From assembly GCA_951406725.2 (NCBI GenBank), contig OX597830.1:64480001-64544000 (forward strand): a DNA stretch of 64,000 nt. The letters run 5' to 3'. The position numbers and the translations under genes are program-made. The notes under the pieces are model-generated. The model had not been told where the DNA came from. It saw only the letters and a program-made list of their open reading frames with translations, and did no database searches. Shown in pieces: positions 54,821 to 64,000 of the stretch (its first letter is position 1; every line of letters begins with the position of its first letter). This DNA is from Octopus vulgaris. Lineage: Eukaryota.

Positions 54821-55069
54821 TCTAGTTCCTCTTCGAATGAAATAATCTGTTCTTATATTGATTTATTTTATTTGCTTATTGGAAAACAGAGAAAGCTGGG
54901 CGCTTGGAAAACACCATTAGGCGCTGAGTGAGATAAAGCTAATAACCAATAGAGTACAAGAGTACATAATTATAATGATGACTGGTTGGGTGGGGGAAAT
55001 TAATCTCCGAAACTGCTTGCATCCGATCCAGGTGGAGATTATTATCATTGTGACTACTTATCATATACA

Positions 55070-55453
55070 AACTGAAATGTTAGACGTTTGGGGGGAGGGG
55101 ATGTGTCGATTACATTGACCCCAGTGTTTCACTGATACTTAATTTATCGATCCCGAAAAGATGAAAGGTAAATTCGACCTCGACGGAATTTGAAATCAGA
55201 ACGTAGCGACGGGCGAAATACCTTTTTCTTTACTACCCACAATGGGCTAAACACAGAGAGGACAAACAAGGACAGACAAACGGATTAAGTCGATTATATC
55301 GACCCCAGTGCGTAACTGGTACTTAATTTATCGACCCCAAAAGGATGAAAGGCAAAGTCGACCTCGGCGGAATTTGAACTCAGAACGTAGCGGCAGACGA
55401 AATACCGCTAAGCATTTCGCCCGGCGTGCTAACGAATCTACCACCTCGCCGCC
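55070..55453 (-). mobile_element. Dimeric SINE family B
   Basis: Full monomer with tail 2 fused at GGTATTT to a headless monomer with tail 1. Confidence 0.85.
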
Positions 55454-55469
55454 TTAATAATGATAATAA

Positions 55470-55528
<59 letters not shown>

Positions 55529-56040
55529 TTGATGATGATGATGATGATGATGAAAGTGGAAGCTTAAAGGGAAAGAAGACGGTGAGGAGTTTTGAAAAGC
55601 TACCAAACTGAGCCTGTAATGAAGTATATCGTTACGATATTTGCCATCAATACATACGGTATTATATAACAATATCAAATACAGCTTATGTGATAACCCA
55701 CAGCTGCAGTACTTTAATAGTGCCCTGATACATTTGGCGCATGCGTTTGACGGAGAACGGAGCGAAAACGTCAAGAGAAAGTAGTATGCGTATATAAACT
55801 GGCTTTTCGACATTGAAAAATGGCGTCGGTCGAGTTATTAGTGTTTTTTGCGATGGACAGATGTATAGCGATGTGTATGGGTGGTAGTATATAAGTGGTC
55901 AGTGTTTACGTTAGTGAAGTGTATTGGAGGTAGTGTATAGGTTGCGAGGTGTTATATCATGTGAATGTATTTCTGCTTTTTTGGGGGGTGGGGTGCGTTG
56001 TTTGCATCGGGTCATGTATTATTCTATTATTTTTTAAATT

Positions 56041-56279
56041 CTTTTACTTGTTTCAGTCATTTAGCTGCGGCCATGCTGGAGCACCGCCTTTAGTCGAAGA
56101 AATCGACTCCAGGACATATTCTTTGTTGGCCTAGTACTTATTCTATCGGTCTGTTTTGCCGAACCGCTTATTTACGGGGACATTGTCAAGCAATGTTGGG
56201 GGGACAAACACACACACACACATACAAATACATACACACAGGCATACAAACACATACACATATATATAAGCATCCATGC

Positions 56280-56312
<33 letters not shown>

Positions 56313-56549
56313 GACACATATAAACGTATATCTCGGAGTGCGTGTGTGTCTGTCTGTGTCTCTGGTATAGATATATAATTATATGCATATTAGCGGTTCG
56401 GCACGTCACTTAGCGGTTCGGCAAGAGAGACCGATAGAATAAGTACTGGGCTTACAAAGAATAAGTCCCGGGGTCGATTTGCTCGACTAAAAGCGGTGCT
56501 CCAGCATGGCCGCAGTCAAATGACTGAAACAAGTAAAAGAGTAAAAGAG

Positions 56550-56550
<1 letters not shown>
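56041..56550. mobile_element. Two inverted SINE family A 3' halves (56041-56220 minus, 56409-56550 plus)
   Basis: ~130-bp reverse-complementary arms. Confidence 0.88.
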
Positions 56551-56603
<53 letters not shown>

Positions 56604-56772
56604 ATTATACAAAAAAAAAAAAATTAAAAAACAAAACAAAGGCCAGAGATGGGCGAGGGAGCAACAAACAAGCTGTGTTTGTTTGACGTTCAGGAAAAAT
56701 GGAAGAGTCTTTGACATTTCGAAGCCTACGTTGTTGTAGAGAAAGGAAGGAGGGAAAACAGATGCAGAGAGG

Positions 56773-56812
<40 letters not shown>

Positions 56813-57289
56813 CTGTCGCAACCTGGGACGTTCAAGACTTCTTAAATGCAAGAAAGTACACTAGTCCCTTAATATTTGATATTCAGTATTTCATCTATTC
56901 AATAAGACAATCAATACTTCATTTCATTTTACTATATATATATATTATTTATACTATATATTCTATATTCTACATTAATATTATAAAGAATATAAAAAAA
57001 CATTAAAAACAGACAGAGTTGGAATTCCTTTGAATAATATATATCCCTCTATACACAATCATACAAACCCCAATTATATATATATATATATATATATAGG
57101 TGAATGAATTATCCTATGTTTACTGTCAGCATGGAAAATTCGATGAACCGATACCAGGGTAGCAAATTCACGTCAGAAACACGGTTGCACGCTTTATTCC
57201 TTTGGAATTAAACTATGCTGTCTTCGAAACATATGTCGAGAGTAAAGGAATTTTGCTAACATCTTCGTTCGACTCCGTTCTTTTATTTA

Positions 57290-57325
<36 letters not shown>

Positions 57326-57373
57326 TAGATAGATATACATACATGCAGACATGCATACATTTATATATACATA

Positions 57374-57530
57374 TGACAGGCTTGCCGCCGTTTCCAGTCA
57401 CCAAATTCAATCACAAGTCTATTATTGGACTGCGGTTATCGTACTAGAAGACTTGCCCAAGGTATTGCGCAATGGAATTGAACGCTTGAACGCGTAGTTG
57501 CGAAGAAATATTCTTATCCCATAACCATAC
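57374..57530 (-). mobile_element. Old SINE family A 5' half
   Basis: ACCAAATTCAATCACAAG...GAAGACTTGCCCAAGGT similarity. Confidence 0.7.
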
Positions 57531-58284
57531 CTTAATGTAACGACCCCAAAATTAATGAAGTCGCTTAATTTAGCGATTCGGCCATTGTAAAGTAAAAAAT
57601 GAAAGCGATAAAATTGATAAAAACTTTTGAAGTTGTGGCCCCAGCTCGGCCGTATTCTAATGATTGATATCAGAAACAAGAATATGGTTTTCTTCGAAAT
57701 CTGCTTATATTTTACTTCGCAGAATTTCAAGCTAGTCAGAAGCAAAGTGACAAAGACACTTTGTTAAATCAAGTTTGTTTTCAGTGTTTGGTGAATAACG
57801 TGAGTACGTGTCCATGTGTACACAGATGTGGGTGTATATTTGTATATAGATGTAAATATATATACGTGAATGTGAATGAAATCAATTCATATATGTGCGT
57901 ATATTTCCATATAAATGTACGAATGCGTTTATGTATGTATGTATGTATGTATGTAGGTATGTATGTATGTATGTATGTATGTATGTATGTATGTGTGTAT
58001 GTATGTATGTTTGTGTGCATGTGTATGTACGTGTATTTACTGCAAACGTGAACTTGTGTATATGTGCGTATGTATGCGTCTCTGTTAATGCGTGAATGCA
58101 CGAATGTGTGTCAGGGTGCATCTTATGTGGTTTGGTTAAAGGTTTTTATCAGCAAAGAAAACATTTTATGATAATGCACGGCAGTGTGTCTAATAAAACA
58201 ATTAGCACCGCACACTAGCACATGGACGCACAGACACTCACAATCCAATAGGCATACACACACATACTACATAGTATATGCATA

Positions 58285-58318
<34 letters not shown>

Positions 58319-58415
58319 GCATTAATACATACACACAAACTATATATATATGTATGTATGCATATATATACATAAAGATATACAGATATATATATATATA
58401 TACACGTACACACAT

Positions 58416-58446
<31 letters not shown>

Positions 58447-58530
58447 TATCTATGTTTGTATGTATGAATATCTATTTGTATATAGTCATATGTATGTAAA
58501 TATATGTATATGTATGTATACATATATATG

Positions 58531-58573
<43 letters not shown>

Positions 58574-58576
58574 GTG

Positions 58577-58663
<87 letters not shown>

Positions 58664-59752
58664 GCACATATACATACACATACACACATGGAAACGCTGT
58701 TTCGTGCGAAGTTTTTTCACAGGCACAAAAGCAAAATGCATAAAAGACAGAGAATAGCTACGACCTCGCAACCATGATGTCACACATAATCTTCCACCCC
58801 CACCCCATCCCACTACACAGCTACTCATATACACGCAACGCAAGTCCTTCGTTGCCTAATTCTTTGTCATACGTATATATGACTGACTGCATGTGTGTAT
58901 GTGTGTGTGTGTGTGTGCTTTTACCTTTTTTTTTTTCGGCCGACTTTCCCTAGGGAGTTATCTCACTCTTATTATAGAAGGAACCTTCGTAAAGCGGAAG
59001 TGAAGAAGACAGACAAAAATTTTGTGTCATCTTTGTTCTAAAAGACGCCATCTTGTTACAGACGCTGAACTATATAACATTTGATGTTGCAGTGGTTGTT
59101 GCAGCTGTTGTTGTTGTTGTTGTTGCCGATGCTGCTGTTAATGCTACTGTTGTTGTTGTTACCGTTATTGTCTTCGACATCGTATCTTTTGCAGCTATTG
59201 GCTGGTGGTGTCACTGCTCTCGTTCTCTTCCACCTCGTCTCTTTGGCAGCTGTTGTTGATGCCTTTGTTGTTGTTATCGTGGTCATCCCTATCGCTTGCA
59301 GTCGTTACTTTTGTTCGATTTTATCCTCAAGTCATTCCTGTTCAATCAATCCTTTGATCGAAGACATTTAAAAGACGATTGACCATTCCATATTTGTTTA
59401 GATCTTGTCTACTTCGGGCTATATCATCGAATGTGTCGTGTCTCGTCTCTAAGACATCTGTAAAACCCAAACTCTGAAAATTTGGCTGCTTTTTCTGGAA
59501 GGCTGATTGACTAAAAAGAAACTGCTTCTTTGTATTACATTTATGACTGTTCTTCATTCCCCTGGGTCATCTTTGAGCGAGGAAGCCTACAATGAAAGGT
59601 ATTCTAACTACGGCCAACACGTCGATTTAGGACTGTATAAACCAAAGTTTTTTTCTTTCTTTTCATTATACATGGTGTGATTTTTAGACATATTTGGCTG
59701 CTTTTCTAGCATGTTCTGCATACAGACTCCCTCTTTGGCATGTGTAACATTC

Positions 59753-59814
<62 letters not shown>

Positions 59815-59889
59815 CGTGTGAAGTACTTTTAACGTAATGGAAAATAAAAGAAAAATAGTGAAAAAACGGCTATATACGTTGATATGTTT

Positions 59890-60050
59890 GCGTGGTAACA
59901 AAGTTCGTTTCGTACGGCTCCAACTTGGGCAAGTGTCTCTCATTATGGCTCTGGACAAATGGAAGCCTTTTCACTGAATTTGGTAGACGGAAACTATGCG
60001 GAAGTCTATATGTCTATCTATGCATGTCTCTCTATCTATCTATCTATCTG

Positions 60051-60133
<83 letters not shown>

Positions 60134-60250
60134 GTGTGTGTGTGTGTGTGCTTTTCTGTTTGCCTCTCCTCTACGGCTTGACAGCCAGTGTTGGTTTGTT
60201 TATGTCCCAGGTTGGATGCACTCCAATGACTGAATCAGGAAAAAGAGTAA
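59890..60250 (+). mobile_element. Old SINE family A with internal (TATC)n
   Basis: CTTGGGCAAGTGTC...TTTGGTAGACGGAAACT...CTTGACAGCCAGTGTTGG...AATGACTGAA. Confidence 0.72.
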
Positions 60251-60481
60251 AACAAGAGAGAAAGAAAACCAACGTAAACAAGGCACTGTGTATACTCCGT
60301 AGGGGTTGCACAGAGATACGCTCGGTAGTGCTGTGAAAGCATGCAGGGAAAATAATATTAACAACAACAACCTCAACAACAGCAACAACAACATCAAAAA
60401 CTACAACATCACAACAACTACCAGAACAACAGCAGCAGTAGCTTCAGCAAAAACATTTACAAAAACAACAGCAATAATAAT

Positions 60482-61042
60482 TATTTCAAATTTTTGCCAC
60501 CAGGGTAGCTTAGGGGAAGTGGGGATGAGTCGATTACATCGACCCCAGTGTTCAACTGGTACTTATTTTATCGACCCGGAAAGGATGAAAACCAACAACA
60601 ATAATAATAACAATATCCTTTCTATTATTGGCACCAGATCTGAAAATTTGTGGTGAGGGATAAGCCGATACCATTGATCCCCATAACTGAAATGGTACTT
60701 ATTTCATTGACCCCTCGAGCAAATAAGGTAAATTAGACCATGGCGGAATTTGAACTCAGGGGGTAAAGACGGACAAAACGCCGTTCTGCATTTTGCCCGG
60801 CATGCTAACAAACTTGTGAGCTCGCCCGCCTTAATGATAATAGTAATCCTTTCTACTCGATAGGCACAAGGCCTGGAATTTCTGGGGAGGGGGGATAGTC
60901 GATTACATCGACCCCGTTATTTAATTGGTACTTAATTTAACGTCCCCGAAAAGATGAAAGGCAAAGTGGACCTCCACGTAATTCGAACGTAAAGCGTGAA
61001 GAGTGACGAAATGCGTGCTGACGACTGTGCTAGTTCGCCACC

Positions 61043-61097
<55 letters not shown>

Positions 61098-61497
61098 TAG
61101 TAATTTCAAATATTTGCCACAAGGGCAGCTCGGGAGAGGGGTTTAAGCCGATTGCATCGACCTAAGTGTTTCACTAGTACTCAATCAATAGACCCCGAAA
61201 AGATGAAAGGTAAAGCCAACCTCAGCGGAATTTGAACTCAGAACGTAGCGACTGATAAAATACCTATTTGTTTACTACCCACAAGGGGCTACACACAGAG
61301 GGGACAAACAAGGACAGACAAACGGATTAAGCCGATTATATCGACCCCAGTGCGTAACTGGTACTTATTTAATCGACCCCGAAAGGATGAAAGGCAAAGT
61401 CGACCTCGGCGGAATTCGAACTCAGAACGTAGCGGCAGACGAGATACCGCTAAGCATTTCGCTCGGCGTACTAACGATTCCACCAGCGCGCCGCCAA
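60482..61497 (-). mobile_element. Head-to-tail cluster of five SINE family B monomers separated by (AAT)n
   Basis: Copies at ~60482-60590, 60616-60831, 60847-61043 and a dimer at 61103-61497. Confidence 0.85.
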
Positions 61498-62379
61498 TAA
61501 TAATAGTTATAATAATTAATAATGATAATAAAGTAAGGAGCGAAATTTTTTCAGAAATCCTTGCCTTCAAAAAGATTAAAAGAAACGGATGAGAAGCCTG
61601 TCAGTGAGTAAAAGAACGTAAATATAAGAGGGGAGTAACAGGGATCAAGGATGGAATGGTAAAAGTAGAGTAAAATAAAATAAAAATAAAATAAAAATAA
61701 AATAAAAATAAACAAAATGGCCCCTCACATAAAATAAACATTTACAAGTAATTTGATAACGCGAAAACAAAAAAGAGAATGTCCTTATTTCAATGTATCC
61801 TCCATATATTTATGAGTGGAAGTATGAATGAATGTACGCTTCTACATGTGTGTGTGTATGCGCATATATAATACTTGTATGTATATAAATATATACATAG
61901 ATACAAATACACACACCCTTACATACACATGGCGTTTCGTGCATGAATGCAAGGCATTTAATGCATGCTTTAAGATACATAAAATGTATTTTTAATTTTC
62001 CTCAGAGATGGCTGGAAACACTGTACAGTACTACTTATATTTCTATGGCTTTTAAACTGCATGCTCTAGCCTAAATACCAGGAGTCACTCCGTATATCTC
62101 TGTATATCTGTATGGTTTCGTGTTCGTTCACTCAGATGGATATATACACGCGTCTATATTGGCAGACATCCCGTGCACACATGAATACGTACATACATTC
62201 TTACACACATATGGAAAGCAAGTAATTTGCCATTATAGAATAGGGATATTTCTGTCATTAATCAGTTCGTTAGCAGCAATAGTAATAAATATCTCATGCA
62301 TTTATTCAGTTCGATTTCGTGAATTTTATTCTTTGATGGTTAAATTGTTGCCCCAATAATAAATTCGCTTATACCAAGA

Positions 62380-63900
62380 ATTATACTTCAAACAATGATT
62401 CTGTTATCAAGACAAGTAGGCATGCACAACACTGCTTTCTTTCAAGAACTCCAAACAAATATTAAGAATGCTGCTAATTCTTTTGATCTAGCGATTAGCG
62501 GTTTGGACACTACGGAAATTTGTTCAATGATTACAGAGTGGCATATGACGCGACGACGGGTTCGTTACTATGCGCAATATGAATTACAAAGAGTTAGGAA
62601 ATTTCGTTGCAGGCTCAGCATTAAATATTACGTTGAATACACACTTACACATATTAAATATCATAGCTATCATTGTAAATTTAGAAATGATTAAGAAAAA
62701 AAACAAATTATGAAGCCAGAAGAAACTTCTCAGTAGACAATATTTACTTCAAACCACTCGTTTTTCATAATAAATAATTTAGTGAAACTCTTAGTGTACA
62801 ATTATTCGGTATTTCATCTGACATATGTAGCTTCAACAAAGCAGATCCTTATTATAATTAAGCGTTTAAATAGGTTTTTATGACAAGGTTAATAAATTAA
62901 ATAATATTATAACTACTTCACAAACACGGAAATATGGAAACCATAAAAGTATTTAGTGCCCCGTGAAGTTTTAATGTGAGCACATACAACGCTAAAAAGT
63001 ATAGGGTAAATATTTTCCGAAAATAAAGATATAAGTTTTTAATAGAACAAAAAAAAACATTAAATTGAATTTCAGTTACATATAATTCTGACACAGAGAG
63101 TGCAAGCATTAACAGTAAAAATCAGGAGTGGCAGTGTGGTAAGTAGCTTGCTAACCAACCACATGGTTCCGGGTTCAGTCCCACTGCGTGGCATCTTGGG
63201 CAAGTGTCTTCTGCTATAGCCTCGGGCCGACCAAAGCCTTGTGAGTGGATTCGGTAGACGGAAACTGAAAGAAGCCTGTCGTATATATGTATATATATAT
63301 AAGTCTGTGTGTATATATGTTTGTGTGTCTGTGTTTGTCCACCTAGCATTGCTTGACAACCGATGCTGGTGTGTTTACGTCCCCGCCACTTAGCGGTTCG
63401 GCAAAAGAGACCGATAGAATAAGTACTGGGCTTACAAAAGAATAAGTCCCAGGGTCGATTTGCTCGACTAAAAGGCGGTGCTCCAGCATGGCCGCAGTCA
63501 AATGACTGAAACAAGTAAAAGAGTAAAAGAGCTCTCTACATCTCATTCTTCGCATTCTTGCAATTGTTTTAACAGAGCAAGCATAAATAATAAAAGCATT
63601 AAATAATCGAGGCGTTTGAAATCAATAGTTTATTGCCGGAAGTATTTACAACCAGCAATTAAGTTTGTAAGGTTTATGTCAGGTTGAGAGGAAATCATTT
63701 TAAGTTACGATGTAAACAGCTTCAATCCTGAAAGGTTTAATAGAAATTTATGGAAATACATCTGGACATTAAAACAATAGATTAGAAATAACAAAATTCG
63801 TTGGCAAGTTCTTAGAGTATACTAAACTTTATATGCAAGGAAACGATGGTTGACATGTTTCCAAGTCAGAACAGAAGAATGCATTGGAATTCTATCTTAA
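62380..63900 (+). pseudogene. Highly decayed hAT (Charlie/Buster-like) transposase relic interrupted by a SINE
   Basis: Ordered weak motifs NDSV.SRQV.M (~LSNDTVSRRI), ELQTNIKNA.NSFDLAI...DTT, RVRYY, YNQQL...LCQ and LYMQGND (~LNLSLQG). Confidence 0.4.
63123..63531 (+). mobile_element. SINE family A, full length
   Basis: A and B boxes, CORE-like segment, internal TA/TG tract, (GTAAAAGA)2 tail. Confidence 0.93.
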
Positions 63901-64000
63901 CGCTTATGTTACGAGATTTGTACTGAAATGCACTAACTTTGTCTCAATCTTTGAGAAAAACGAAGAATTTGGTAAAATAATTTTGTCATTAAGCTTGTAC

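Noticed and set aside
63123-63200. tRNA genes at SINE heads
   Set aside because: A and B boxes are present, but they continue into SINE bodies and no complete cloverleaf is evident.

Overview
This is an AT-rich, microsatellite-dense eukaryotic intronic or intergenic window. It is most likely from an octopus (coleoid cephalopod), inferred from the SINE families and the repeat landscape. No host protein-coding gene can be supported, and almost all ORF-track entries are translations of simple repeats. Real coding remnants all come from transposons: a full-length frameshifted mariner (24130-25409), a second mariner 3' end, a Helitron PIF1-helicase fragment inside an apparently composite Helitron (13597-15987), a 5'-truncated L1/Tx1-type LINE sitting in a (TATC)n tract, and decayed CRE-like, CR1/Jockey-like and hAT relics. 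There are more than 25 SINE copies or fragments from about four families, plus hAT, mariner, piggyBac-like and Merlin-like MITEs, several of them nested. The signal least explained by the ORF track is a set of about ten minimal type-I hammerhead-ribozyme-like motifs (CUGANGA...GAAA...UH, usually with a tiny palindromic stem III). Four have intact cores, several occur as back-to-back inverted pairs, and they probably mark termini of Penelope-like or retrozyme-type elements. All folds were made by eye and all family names come from recognition, not database searches.
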